DNA of 64,000 nucleotides from Kondoa subrosea (taxonomy: Eukaryota), in assembly GCA_039545335.1 (NCBI GenBank), contig BCIN01000003.1:248001-312000 (forward strand). Reading direction: 5' to 3'. The translations under genes and the position numbers were made by a program. The notes beneath the pieces are model-generated. The model ran no database searches, was not told where the DNA came from, and saw only the letters and a program-made list of their open reading frames with translations. Each line of letters begins with the position of its first letter. Position 1 is the first letter of the stretch. Below are positions 34,015-48,383 of this stretch, one piece after another.

Positions 34015-36614
34015 ATGACACAGAAATACAGGAAAGGCATTGAGCGCAAGTCTTTTGCAGACGCCAATGGCAAAGTGTGAGTATTCTCTCCTGTCCTCCT
34101 GAAGTTGTTCCATTTTGCTGAAATTCGCATGACAGACTACCTGCGGATGGTGAAGCTAACGTGATTGTTACTTCTGCTCTACCTTAGTGAATTGCTCTAC
34201 ATTTTCTCTCCGATCTGAGACTGATTCTTTCTTGCACTAGTGTCAACAATGCACCTCATCTAGGTATAGGACTTTTTACTGCTGGTATATTCAAGTTGAT
34301 ACAAAGGGCAAACAGGCAATATCATTGGATCTACTCTGAGTGCGGATGTCTTTGCTCGATACAGCAGGACGAGGAACGTCAGGACGCTGTACATTTGTGG
34401 AACAGACGAAGTGAGTTTCCATGCCAGTCTCTTCTACTTACTTCTGTTGTACTGACGCAATGAATAGTATGGTACGACTACTGAGACGAAAGCTTTGGTT
34501 GATGGAGTCACGCCGCGAGAACGTATGTGTTTCCAACCTTTTGCGTGACTTGCGCTGAAGGTTTCGAGTCGCGGTACAGTCTGCGACAAGTACCACAAGA
34601 TCCATGCTGATTCGTACAAATGGTTTGAGATCGGTTTCGATCACTTCGGAAGGACGAGTACGCCGCAGCAGACAGAGTGAGTTCAAGTTGATGTACATTT
34701 CGAACTTAGCCTGAACACATGTTGCAGGATATGTCAAGATATCTTTCTGAAGCTGTATAACAACGGTCACCTGGAAGAGAAATCTACTCCACAGCTGTAT
34801 TGCGAAACCAACAAAAAGTATGTCTTCCCAGTCTTCCTCCTTCGTTACATGTACTCAAACTCCGTAGGTTCCTAGCAGATCGTTTTGTGGAAGGTACATG
34901 TCCTACATGTGGGTATGAGGATGCTCGAGGTGATCAATGCGATAAATGCACGAATCAACACGATCCAGTCGAACTCTTGAACCCACGTTGCAAATTGTGC
35001 GACAAACCACCAGTTCCATCTACTTCCACCCATCTTTTCATCAAATTCGCTGAACTGCAACCAAAAATTCAAGAATATGTGTCTAGAGCATCAAAAAAAG
35101 GAATTTGGTCTGCTAACGCTGTAGCTCAAACTCAAGGTTGGCTAAACCAAGGATTGGAATCAAGAGCTATGACTAGAGATTTACAATGGGGAGTTCCTGT
35201 TCCTCTCAAAGGTTGGGAACATAAAGTTATGTATGTTTGGTTTGATGCGCCTATTGGTTACCCAAGTATTACGGCTACCTACACCGATGAATGGAGGAGG
35301 TGGTGGCATGATGAGAAGAACGTTAGACTGGTCCAGTTTATGGGCAAAGATAACAGTAAGTTTTGATTCTGAACAATTAGTTATGGCGCAATTGCTCATT
35401 GAAGATGCAGTCGCTTTCCATACTATGTTCTTCCAAGCATATCAAATTGGCACAAATGACGAGTGGGTCAAGATGGACTCAATCAGTACAACAGGTAAGC
35501 GGGGATGCAAGATTATCAGTCTTTGGCTGATATCTACCATCTTCGCCTACAGAGTATCTCAATTACGAAGGTACAAAGTTCTCCAAATCAAGAAACGTTG
35601 GAGTCTTTGGAGAAAACGCCCGCGATACTGGTATTGCTTCAGCAGTTTGGCGATATTCTCTTTTAGCAAATCGACCAGAAACAGGCGACACACAATTTAC
35701 CTGGAAAGACTTTATCAATCGAAATAACGGCGAGCTGCTCAATAACCTAGGCAATTTTGTCAATCGAGCTATCAAATTCATCAATGCGAAATACGATTCT
35801 GTTCTACCTGGTCCAACGGAAGAAGCGGATGTAGAGAAAGTCTTATCGGGTCCTTTGGAAGCTGAACTGCAGCAAGACATCAATGCTCTTCTCTCCCTTT
35901 ACATCAGCGATATGGAAAACCTTCGACTTCGACCAGGTCTAGAAGCAGTCATGCGCATTTCAGGTCGAGGGAATGTCTACCTTCAAAAATCTGACCTTGG
36001 CAATGAATTGTTCAACAACCAAAGAGAACGATGTGACACAGTCATGCTCGTGGCTTCGAATCTCATCTATCTTCTTTCTGTCCTTCTCCATCCCTTCATG
36101 CCTTCAACAAGCGATCAAATCCTCTCGCAACTCAATGCTCCTGCTCGATCTCTACCTGAAATTTTCTCCATCGATCTTTTGCCTGGTCATGTGCTGGGCA
36201 AAGCAGATTATCTGTTCAAGAGGATAGACCCGAAAATGGAAGATGTTTGGAGGCTACAATTTGGTGGACTTGGAGCTGGCTCAACAGCGCCCGATCCTAA
36301 AGTGTGAGTGGAAGTACATCTACGGCACGTTTTGCGGGCTCACGAAGTCTTCTTCTCACAGAGACGGCAAGAAAGCCAAGAAATTAGCTGCGAAAGCCAA
36401 ACAAACTGCACCAGCTTTCTCTGGACCCAAGCCGCCAGAATATCTCGAACTAGAGAAGAAGATTGAAGAGCAAGGTGCGAAAGTGCGTGCTGTTAAGGCC
36501 AACACGGAAGAAGGCAATGTAGCTGTTGAAGTAGCGAGTTTGCAACAACTCAAATCGGAATTAGCAATCATGATCGAGCGATTAGCTGGTACTTCATTCG
36601 AGAACAATCCATGA
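34015..36614 (+). CDS. MES1: Cytosolic methionyl-tRNA synthetase with C-terminal WHEP-like domain
   Basis: [27 protein letters not shown], Zn knuckle [45 protein letters not shown]. Confidence 0.96.
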
Positions 36615-36742
36615 TTGATAATGCATGCACATACAAAAAGGGAAAGAGATCTATACAGAACGAAAAACATGTACGACAACTACATCTAATTTACACATCA
36701 GGAAACAAAACGGCAAAACAAGGGTACAGGTATTCATAAGAA

Positions 36743-39095
36743 TCAGTCTTCCGCCAGGGTACTGATAGCTAATCCAGTTTTGCCTTGACCTAACCATTTA
36801 TCTTGAAACTTGATCAAATCCCTTGAAATCTCGTTCATCATAGATAAAGCTTGAGCAGAAGAAGTAGAGGGAGGTTGAGTAGGTCGTGCAGCTGATCGAT
36901 CGGCCATTTCAATTTGAATCCGAGCTAAATAATCCAACATAGTTTTCGATCGTTTCCTCATATCTTGCACAGACATCCGTTTACCTGGATAACGAATTTT
37001 GGTAGGTACTTCCAATCTTGTTGCACGAGAACTCTCCGTGCTGTTTCCACTGTCTGAAGTAGAATCGGAAGGTGGGAAGGGTTTGGAAGAGTCGAAAGTC
37101 GGGACGGAAAGTGCTGTAGGTGGTGAATCACCTAGGAGATGTGAGAGATGTGAAAGATGCTCAGGTACAGACCAATGTAGATTCTCTGTCGGATCGTGGA
37201 ATTCTTTGAGCGATCTTGCTCGATCTAGAGTTCCTCTCTTCGCAGGAGAGAAACGACCACGTGAAGTAGGTTGAGGTGGTCTGCCACCTTTGTAGGTGTA
37301 CTGATTTGGATGCTTGCCTTTGAAAGAAGCTTGTGAACTATCTTCGTCTGCTTCTTGTTGAGCTATAGCAGCTTTGGATTTCTTGCTGTTGGTTCTCCTT
37401 TTGGCCGGTGCTTTTTTGACTACTTCCTCTTCCTCTGGTTCAGGAGATGGTAGAGCTGAAGGTGTCGCTTCAATGTCCATTTGAGTATCGACTTCAAGTA
37501 ATTCGGGTGCAGTCTCAACAGCAGCAGAGTTGGGCGTTCTCGACCGTTTCCTGTCAGTATTGGAGCTTAGTCAGCAAACAGAATTTGCAAACAGTCTCCA
37601 AACACTGACTGTTCTGGTCCTTCTTCGTGCTCTTGAGATCTTTTCCTCTTACCAGCCATTAATTCCTCTTTCATTTGCATAGTAGGTTGATCCTCTTCGA
37701 CCACAACCTGAGGCAAAGACTCTTCTATTGCGATAGAGATATCTTCCATTGGAGGTGCAGACACCAAAGCAGGATCAAGCATCAGCGGAACGGTTTCTTG
37801 TTGAATTTGGTGCTCCGCTGTTGTTTCAGTCTTGTCTTCCATAGGTTGGAGTACGATATCTTCTTCCTTTTGAACAATAGGAATATCTCCACCTTCGGTT
37901 TGTTCTGTAGATTGCAAAGGTGAAACAGGTTGAGAAATCCCTTGTTCTCCTTCAGCTTCATTTTGAGCAACATCAAGCGAAGCAACACTACTGCCTTCTT
38001 CCAATCCAGCAATCTGTTTGCTCAATCTTAAAGCCTGAGCTAAATTCTCTTCGTAAGCAGCATCCCGGGAATTCATCGTGCTCCGTCTTTTAGGTGGATC
38101 ATGTCTTTTGCTTTCTTTGTCTTTGTCTTTCCGAGAAAGAGGTAAAGCTGGAGCAGGAAAATGTTCTTCTTCGTTTGTTGGTAAAGAAGGCATGATGCTC
38201 GGAGAGGGTAAAACAGGGGATTCGAGTTGTTGAGAGGATTTGCGTCGATGCGTCAGAACAGGTGAAGCTGACTTAGGAGGCGGTGCGCTGTTGAGAAACT
38301 CTATTAGTAATACGCAGCATAAGAGGAGCGAGAGTAACTCACCTAGCGCCGTGCAATTCCGGTTTACATTCCTCGCAATAGTAAGCGTCAGGAGCAGCTT
38401 TCTCATCCATTAAACCAACGCAAGGCCCATGCTGCCATACTTTGCACTCCTCACACTGTATCATCCAATCCCCACCATTGTCATCCACTTTACCACAAAC
38501 GCATCTCGTCGTTCCACCATCATCATCCGCTTCTCCATCCATCAAAGCAGATTCATCTTCCACAGCCATGCTCTCATCTTCACTCATTAAAGCAACAGGT
38601 ACGTTCTTGCCTCTTTTAGGTGCTTTAGGTTTAACAGTAGTAGATTGACTGGTTTTCCTTTTATGCTGAGAATTGGATCTTGTAGTACTTGATCCAGCAG
38701 CTGCAGGTGTAGTAGCTTTAGATTTCCTAGTAGTAGTAGTAGTACTAGTAGTGGGAGTAGCTGCTTTGTTGCTAGCAGAGGAAGCTGTTTTGGTAGTAGT
38801 AGAAGTATTGACCGCGCTTGGTTTCTTTTGTCGAGAAGCTCTTTTCGGTCTAGCTGAGGCAGGTAGCTGTTGCTCATCTTCGTCTACTTCTAATTTGACT
38901 GCTACTGCAGGGTCTTCAATAGTTGGAATGACTGTTTCTTCATTGTTGGCGGAATCTTGAGATTTACTCCGACGAGTTACTGTTTGCTGAGATGAAGAGC
39001 GTGAGCCAGGTTTCTTGCTTGTTGCCCGTGCTGTTTAGAGCATTCCGAATCAGTTAACAATGCCCAAACGTGCAAACAAGGTCTGACTGACGCAT
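36743..39095 (-). CDS. CTI6: PHD-finger protein Cti6 (Rpd3L histone deacetylase complex subunit)
   Basis: TRCVCG...MIQCEECKVWQHGPCVGL...YYCEECKPELH; KRRSTMNSRDAAYEE; C-terminal KRMSVQDMRKRSKTMLDYLARIQIEMA. Confidence 0.82.
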
Positions 39096-39835
39096 TCTCG
39101 ATTATTTCACAAAGGCTTGTCGTTTGGCTCGTACTGCCTGCTTGACTGGGTTGTTGAAGCTCAGAAGCAGGCCTGAGAAGTGTTGTAGACCTTTTTGAAA
39201 GGGGTCACCTCGAAATGGATATTGGCAGGTTTCTTGCTTTGAAGGGGACGGTGAAGTCTAAGCGCTAGCCTTGCTGAGTACTGGCTGCTCCTCCGATCGA
39301 ATGAGGTGTTGATGATCGTCACAAAGAAGCCCCCTTGTACGGAATCATGCCCTTAACTCGGATCAACCGCCGGGGTGTTCATCACGTCAGAACAAAGTCA
39401 CAACTCCTCTTCCGGCGCTGGATGGTGCACTATGGCTGCTATGTCCTTCGCCAGCTATCATGCCGCGATAAAAAAGCGCGTTATACCAGAAATCGATATA
39501 GCATGAGCTGAAGATGGTACAAATCTCTCGCATTTGGCTGCTGCTGATTACTTCTTTTGGCCTAGGACTAGGCTACAGAACGGTGTGACAAGGAAACCCT
39601 GTCCACCAAAAAAAACTGGGCAGCTTCTTTGGCTTATAAACACAGCTTACCTCGCTCAAATGTTGTGCGCTGTCGTGACACAGTTCTCAAGACATGTATG
39701 TCCGAGCAGGGCAAACACTGGGTCGAATGAAGCGATAGGAAGACCAATTCTGTTGTTTGATGCATTTCTGACCTATTATGTTGCTGTGGTTGAATTCGCT
39801 CTACTGTTCTCTTCGAACGTATACCCTTGCTCGTC

Positions 39836-42800
39836 ATGGATATTTCAGTTCTTGAGCGAGTGATACCACTCTCTCTAGCTGGCCTGTCGTTTGCAATTCT
39901 CTTATTACAAGTCATCTATGTCAAAGTCCAGCGTACAGGACCTATCCGTTTACCTGTGGAAGATGTTTCTCCTCTAGCTAGAGCGGAAAGAAAAGTTCTA
40001 GAGCACAGGCAGCGATTGGAAAAGGTAGCGGAAGCAGCTGGTGATGCTGAGAGATTGGTCATGCTCAGAAAGATAGCTGTGGTCTTTGATTTAATCTCGC
40101 TTTTACTCTCATCTATTCTTATTGGTTGGGTTGGGTGGCATAGTAGGCCATTGCTTGGGCAAATTTGGGTGAAAATCGCATTTCAGGTTTAGTTTTCGTT
40201 GAGCACAGCTTCAGAAGCTAAGTGGTGAATCTTCGCATAGCTCTATATATCTGGTCTATTGACTCTGAAAGTTTTCTCGGCAATGTACCGCAAGCCAACA
40301 TTTCATTTCATCTTGCAGTATCACTGTGTTCTGCTTCAAATTGTTGCTCTCGCTTGGCTATGCTTCGACATCTATCAATCTACTATATCTTTCTCTCGCT
40401 CGGTACAAGTGGAAGCTGCCATCTCTTCCCTCGTCTTCTTTCTGCAATCCCTCATTCCTTCCTTACCTTCAGAAGCTACTCTGAATCTCATCAAGCGCGA
40501 TCCATCAACAGCTGAAAGACTCGAAGCCGAAAACGCATCTATATCGAGTTCAGAAACAGTAGTGGCTAATGAAGAAAACCGTCTTAAACCGATGAGGGGT
40601 CGATATGCTTCTATCTTGGTTTACTGGTTGAACCTGTCTTTGGATGGCTGGATGTTCAAATATATGCGCAAAACTTTGGATAAAGATGATATGGCTGATA
40701 TACCAATCCATATTAAACCTGGTCATGCATCAAAAGCCTATCGAGATCAAGTAGGGAATAGTGATGCTTCGACCTTATGGAAGTTTGCTTTACATTTCAA
40801 ATGGGAACTTATGAGTCAGGCCATATTGAGCTTTCTTGGATCATTAACTATCATCGCTTCAAGTCTCGCTATACAAGAAATCTTGCGCTATATGGCCCAA
40901 AAGAATGATGTTGATGGATTGCCGCTTAGCTACGGATTACTAGGTGTCGTAGTCTTTGGTGTTGCCAAGATTATGAGTGTTTTGCTGGAGACAATACGAA
41001 AACGACAAGCTTACGAAATGTCAATGCGAATGAAGGCTATTCTGGCTTTCGAAATCTTCAGCAAGATCATGCGTCATTCTATTCAATTCGAGAAAGCGGA
41101 CGATGCAAACGACAAAGAAGCCACAGCAGATCAAGGGCGAATCCAATCTCTCTTCACAATCGATACGCAATCCATCTGTTTGCAGATCATTTCTTTCGCT
41201 TCTATTGTTGTAGAAAGGTAAGGCGTCGCAACTCTCTGATACTGTAGTACATCTCATGTTCCGGCATTAGTCCAACAAGTATCATCTTCACCTTGTTCAA
41301 CCTTTATCGCTTGATCGGACATGCTCTGTGGCTAGGAGCCGCTGTCATGGTCATGGTCACTTTTGCCAACGCTTACTTGGCATCCATCAATTTCAAGCTA
41401 TACCATGAAGTTAGGAAAGTCATTGATGCCCGAATGACTTTGACACATGTAGGCTGCGTAAACCTACTTAATTTTAGACTCATGCTCAGCTCTGGCATGC
41501 AGGAGGTTATAAGTCACATCCGTTTCATCAAGTTATCTGCATACGAAGCACTCTTTGAAAAGAAAGTCAATGATTTACGATCAGCCGAACTTGCACTGAC
41601 TTGGAAACGCCAATGTCTCTGGGCTATTATGGCTTCTGTAGGCTGGGCTTGCGCCGGATTGACGTCAGCTGCTACTATTACAGCTTATATCTTGCTTGGT
41701 AATTCCGCCAAAGCGGATGTCATCTTTTCTATTTTGATCTACTGCAAGGTCATGACCGATCCCTTCAATTGGATCACAATGAATATAAATGTAAGTGCTA
41801 GGTTTCATCTTCTGAAGGCTAAGCTACAGGTATTTAGGTTTACCTCTTTGCACTGGCTGCCTTCCAACGCATTGACACCTTCTTGCGCGAACCCGACACG
41901 GAAAAATACGATCAATCGGACTACTCTTCGAGTGTTCCATATGCTCTGAATCTCAAGAATGCGACTATATCTTGGAACTCGGCTGCATCGTTTAAATTGA
42001 ATAATATCGATATATCATTCCCCAAAGGTTTGACAGTAGGTTTCACTGCCCATGAACTGGTTATTGTAGCTCAGTGTCTGTTTATAGGTCATTATAGGTC
42101 CTGTGGGGTCTGGAAAGACTTGCTTGATCAATAGCTTGCTTGGCGAGACGAATTTTCGTGAGTCTGAATGCTGCGATGTGTACGAAAAGCTGAAGCATTG
42201 ACAATAGTCTCGGGAAAGCTGCAAGCGCCAGCTCCCGTTACCCTCGAATTTGAAGATCAGGCCCAGCCTCGAGTCGCTTACTGCTCGCAATCCGCTTTCA
42301 TCTTCTCCGGCACAGTCAAAGAAAATGTCTTGTTCGGTCGGATGTATAATGGCGAACGATATAACGATGTCTTATCCGCTTGCTGCTTGAATGAAGATCT
42401 TGCTTTGTTTGTAAGTATGGTTGTCTAAGTCCTGCTTCGCTGCTGATTCTGAACCAGAAATACGGCGATCAGACGCTCGTCGGAGAGCGAGGACAAGGTC
42501 TCTCTGGGTGAGAGTGCTGATCTCTTACCTCCACACTAGCTAATTTTGAGTCTAGCGGCCAAAAGGTAATTGCATTGACACTGTGCTGCAAGTTGTTCAA
42601 AATTATTCCGCAACTTCTGCCCAGGCACGACTTGCTCTGGCGCGTGCGATTTACGGCGAACCATCGATCCTGCTGCTTGATGATGTACTCGCCGCCGTTG
42701 ACGCTAACACACAACGTAAGCTCTTTGATCAAGTTCTGAAGAGCAAGAAGAATTGCTGTAAATGCACTGTTGTTCTCGTCACTCATGCAAGATGGATCGC

Positions 42801-45386
42801 TCAATCCGCTGATCAAGTGGTTTTGCTCGACAATGGTGTAGTAATTCGAGCTGGGCCGCCTGGAAACGTCTTACAAGACGCATCTGCTATTGGCTTCGAT
42901 CCTGAAGTCGGTAGACATGAAGAATCCGCTCTACTAGGCAAGCGGGAAGAGGAAGTTGACCCATCAGAAGAAGTTGAGGTAGACAATAAAGGTATTGGTC
43001 TTTGGAAAGCGTGTCGAAGTGAGCGAGATGCTTGTTGTGCTTCGGCAGATTTCACAGATGCATGTCTCTAGATTACTATGCTGCTATGGTACAGAACCAC
43101 TTGTTTATTGCTTCCTCTGGCTGACCCTTTCACAGGGTGGTCTGCCCTCCTTTCTGAAGATTGTTGGCATACTAACACTGGGACAAACTTTTGCCATACT
43201 ATCAACCTGGTTTCTGAAATGGTAAGTTGTTCATTGCGAGCTCGTAAGGGCTGATGATGCATCTCGCGAAGGTGGTCAGGCCCGTCTTCAGGTCATCCAG
43301 ATTTACTCAATATACTAGGCCTATACCTCTTGCTAGTTTGCCTCACCCTAGTCTTCGAATTGCTGCGAACGCTCTATATCGTTTGTCGAGGTCTTGCCGC
43401 TAGCAAGGCTGTATATGCACGACTATTCAAGAGAATGCTGGCAAACGAAATTAGGCTCTTTGACTCCACTCCTGTGGGACGATGTGAATTCTTCATTTGT
43501 GCTCAAAGAAACATTGGGAGAACAATTGACTCTTCTTAAAGGGTTGTCGCGCTTCAGTGCAGATGTATGGGCTGTTGACTACGCCCTTCCCGCAGGTCAG
43601 CTCATCTGTAGCTGGTAGAGGCTTCTCTCTGATACCTTCGATCTTCTCGTAGCATGGTCATCCGCTTCTGTAGACCTCTTTTACGCTTTATCTGTATTGA
43701 CGGTATTGTGCTACTTCTCTACTCTTTACTCTGTCTGGTCTGCCGTCTACATCTTGGCAGTGTCGTTCTTTGCAATACCATATCGCAATGTGTCTGTGAA
43801 GCTTCGGAGTCTAGAGTCTGCCTCGATGTCTCCAGTTTCGTCTTTCATAGTCGAAGCTTCGAAAGGCGTATCAATCTTTAGATCCTTCGGTGAGTTCTTG
43901 GCGATTGCAATGTGATCGTTATCCGAGCTTAATCTATATGAAATAAGGTACGCTAGACTATGGCCTACTAAGATTTCAGGGCCTACTGGAAGCGCATATT
44001 CGACTCTCGTATACTTCCTACATAGCAGCGCAATGGTTTCAAGTCAAGATCAATTGGTTCTCAGCAATTGCTGCCATCTCGCTATGCCTTTACTTGAGTA
44101 ATCGGGCATCTGTTTAATATCATCTAGTGGCTAATGATCCCGTCTAGCGCTATATGCATCAGTTGAGCTCGGAGGTTTTCTGCTGGTGCTTGCGCTTGAG
44201 CTATTCGTAAGCATCGCATACTGTGCACACAATAAGCTCATATATTTGGCGCAGAGACGCGTCTACTGGTGTACGCAGGTAACACACTAAGCTCTCGATA
44301 CCGTCCTGAGCTTCCAATTGATGCACCTGAATACTACAGCACGTCTCCACTGTACAACTTCAAATGAACAGCATCGATCGTATAACCGACTACTCTGAAA
44401 ATTTCAAGCAAGAGCCTACCGGTCAGCAAATACCTCCAGCTTCATGGCCCTCGAGAGATAGCAGTATAAACGTAAAGAATCTGACTCTTCGCTATGCTTC
44501 TCACTTGCCCGAGATTCTTAGTGGAGTTTCCTTCGATATCAAGCCAATGGAGCGGGTTGCTGTAGTTGGCCGAACTGTAAGTCTGCCGCCAAACATCTGA
44601 GTTGTGAGATCGAGCCTTGTTGCAGGGGGCTGGCAAGTCGACCTTAGCTCTGGCTTTCTTCCGGTTTCTTGAAGCTGAGCAGGGCACAATTACTATCGAC
44701 GGCCAAGATATCTCTCAAATCAATCTTCAGTCTCTGAGGAGTGCCCTTTCTATCGTTACCCAAGATGCTGTACTCTTTGCGGGCAGCGTTCGTATGAACG
44801 TCGATCCAGAAAATATCTATAATGAGCAAGCAATATGGAGAGCTCTCAAAGCTGTAGGGCTGAGTGCGAACGACACTTCCAGCGCTAGAACAATACATCG
44901 AATCACATCTTTGGATGATAGAGTGGAAGAGGATGGCAGCAACCTTTCCGCTGGGCGTATGTTGCTGCTTTCGATGCAGAGTCCATGATTGAGCTACTTT
45001 TATAGAGAAACAACTTGTCGCTTTGGCTAGAGCACTTCTTCGCCTCGAGCGGTGCCCATTCCTGATCCTGGACGAGTCGACTGCTTCTTTGGACGCAGAG
45101 AGCGATGTGATCATACAAAGGGTTATAAGAGAGGAATTGAAAGGTGCTGCAATTTTATGCATTGCTCGTAAGCTCACTATCCAAAGCTGCTTCAAGTGCT
45201 CATCGCTTGACAGATCGGTTGACCACGATAGCGGACTTTGATCGTGTTCTGGTATTACATGAAGGTCGAGTGCAGGAGTTCGCTACTCCGAGGAACCTTT
45301 TGAGCAATACGAGTTCAGCTTTCTATGCCCTGGCGCGCCAATCTGGCGAATTAGACAAGCTGAAGGAATTGGCATGCATGCAATAG
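39836..45386 (+). CDS. ABCC/MRP-type full-length ABC transporter
   Basis: Two TMD-NBD halves. NBD1: GPVGSGKT, LSG/GQK, LLDDVLAAVD. NBD2: VVGRTGAGKST, NLSAG, LILDESTASLD, RLTTIADFDRVLVL. Confidence 0.93.
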
Positions 45387-45453
45387 AATCCGGAACGCAT
45401 ACAATGGGCTAATAACATGCTTTGATACAAGAAGAATAGTATGATACAAATCC

Positions 45454-47970
45454 TCAAAAATCATCCTCGTCCCTTTCTGTATGTGACGCGGCTCGCGTCT
45501 CCCTTAAATCATCAGACTCATCGGTTATATCCCAGCTGTCTTCTTCCTCTTCGCTTGTGATGTGCTCGTCTGATGCAGCTGCAGCAGCAGGACTAACCGA
45601 TCCTCTGCTCATGGACGACACTTGCCTGGCCCAAGTAGGCGCTTTCTCTGCGATAGCGTAAAGAGCTGGACTGAGCGCGTTCGATCTTTTTTTCCAATCG
45701 TTGTAATCTTCTTCATTCTTGATTACGAAGCCTACCAACATCGAAGGATCGATAGACGATAATGCGATTTTCCGTACTTTGTCTGGATGGAATGAGGACA
45801 GAGAATCAGGTGGATAAGCTTGAGTATAGAAATTGTCTAGGTCAGAACGAGGAGAAGTGACAAGCGTAGGGGAGGAGCCTGAAGGACCAGCAATTTGCCA
45901 ATCCTCGTCCCCTAAGCGTGTAAGAGGTGCAGTCAGAGCCTCATGACGGAGTTCCGCAGGTATAGCTTTTAGTGGAACAGACTCGGCTGTATGATGCGGA
46001 TCGATATAGAATAGATTTTCGCCTTGCGAGCCAACAAAATAGTACGAGCTTGAAGGGCGACCGCCTGCAATTCCAATGCATTGCGGAAAAGTGAAGATGG
46101 ACTTGAGAGAAGGATGGTAGATAGGATTGATGCCAGCTATACCAAGCCGCAGGTTGAACAAGATAAGGACAGGTCGGGTCCAGTCTTGTGAAGCTGCAAT
46201 TACATCAGCAGAGTATAGCGAACCATCGACCGCGTTTGCTACACCAAGCTGGACAGGAGGGAAGTCATTGCATAATGTTCTGTATACTGAGTCAGCTAGG
46301 GCCATCAGAAGATGAACAGAACTTACTTGATTGCTCCCGCTGCCGTACTAGGCCCAAACCATTGACCGATTTCTTTACCAAGCTCCTTGCCTATAGCAGC
46401 AAATCGATGAACGGAGAAAGGCGCCAATTCACATGGGTCATCTAGAAACCAAGCAAGTAATCTGGCATAAGTTGCGTAATCTTGCGCTGAGCCTTCTAAA
46501 GGTCTTCTCCAGTCTGTCATCAATACTTGGTTCAGCCCTTGATTACCACACAGAGTGAAGATACTCACCACGTCCCAGGTATATATTGGCTAAAGCATTG
46601 GCTAACAAACTTTGACCGGTTCGAAGCATGCAACCCCAACCAGCATCGCTTGTCAAGCCCGTTCGAGCATTCGATGAAGCTGGTGTTCTCCCAATCGAGG
46701 CAGCTAATGAGACCATAGTGGTATGAAAAGGGTTTGAGCTACTCGACGAGGACGGGGCTGAATCAGGTAGAGGCAAAGCAGGAAAGTTCGCTCGATAGAC
46801 TAGTTGGATTCTCGATGTGAAGTCGAGGTAGAAAGAAGGTGGCCATCCATGCGACTGAGCTAGGGAAGGTAAGGTCTGTGAGGAAGGTTTCTTGCTCATT
46901 GATGTATTGGTCTCGACCAACGAAAGAGCAGAAGCGGAATGAAAGGAATTGTCAGAAGATGGACCTGGTGAAGGTCGATCTGATGAAGTGAAAGAAGCTT
47001 TCCGCTTGCCAGGTGGACCAGAACCAAAATTGTTTGTATTGCTGTCGATGGTACTCGATGTCGCTTGTCGAACATGAACAGGTCCAAAGATATCCGTCTC
47101 TTCCTCTTCGACAATGGACCCAGAAGTCTCTTGAGGTCTCCAACCATCATGCCTCACTCCTAAAACCCAGATGTCTTCTTCGTTCTTGTCTACAGCTGCA
47201 TCCGAATCGAAGAAGTAATTGCTCGCTCGATCCAAGATTCGATCTAAGCCAGACATACCACCTCTTGCTTGTTGCTGCTGTTTCTGAGAAGAAGCAGAAG
47301 GAGAAATCGGTCTAGTTGAAGAGGAAAAGCTTCGCAAAGGCGACGATAGCTTTTGGCTGAAGGTAGATGGGGCCAGACCGTTCGAGCTGTTTGAGGACGT
47401 AGAGGATGAAGAAGATCTAGATGGCGAGACGCTGCTGGAGGGATGCATGATCTGAGTGAACCAGCCTGTAAGTCGTTTTGGTAAGATCTCGTTGGCCGAT
47501 TGCATGGAAGCTGTAGCTGTTAATGAAGCCGCTTCTTTGTTTGGTGAGCGACGAACGATGCTTCTTGATCGTTTCGAAGCTGTAGTCGAGCCAGAAGAGA
47601 TAGATCTGCTATCTTCGACATTGGGTTCCTTTGACCAGAAGTTGAGCTTTGATGGGACTTTACGCAGTCTAGGGGGTACTGTAGATTGAGGTTCGCTTGG
47701 AAGAGCAGCAAAGGGAAACGCGGCAGAAGCTGCTGAGATGTTTAGACTCGAAATGTCCAAGCTCGCGTTGCGCGAATGTCTCTTGCTCCGCAGTTTCGTT
47801 GGCCCATTAGATCCATTGCCAGTAGATGCATTGACAGAAGGTACAGCAGGTATCACGAAATCGTGATCAAGACTTGGAGACGCCTTTGCCGCGGACACAG
47901 ATTTCGCTCTGTTGCGTGGAGATTGGAACAGGCGACTGCCACTGGCCACAGGTGGCTCCGTGTTGTTCAT
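45454..47970 (-). CDS. ATG4: Autophagy cysteine protease Atg4 (peptidase C54) with long disordered N-terminus
   Basis: [55 protein letters not shown]. Confidence 0.95.
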
Positions 47971-48383
47971 CGAGCAGACATCGCACGTGCCAGATGTTCT
48001 GCCTCTACAATTCAATATGGTTGGAGTGCAACCACGCTCGACTCAATCTTTCGTGTTCTCAAGCAAATCGCTGCTGCTGCTGATCAGTATCTTGTGCTCA
48101 GTGGTCCTAGACTTCGGGCTTAGACTTTGCAGTCAAATAGCTCGGCCTTGAATAAATCTGTTCAATTCCTGAACTAGTCTCGCTACTTGTTCGCTGTCTT
48201 GCTACGCCACTACTGTAATCCTGAAAGCTTCGATAACGTTCTATGAGGTTCCTTGATCCCTTTGTCCCTCTGGCCTGCATAGCTCTTCCCTGGTTGGATT
48301 TCCTCTTTCTCTCTCTTCCTTTTACCAATCCAATCGATCTTGAAGCTCTACTTATCTACATCCGTTATCAAGCAAAGCTTGAC

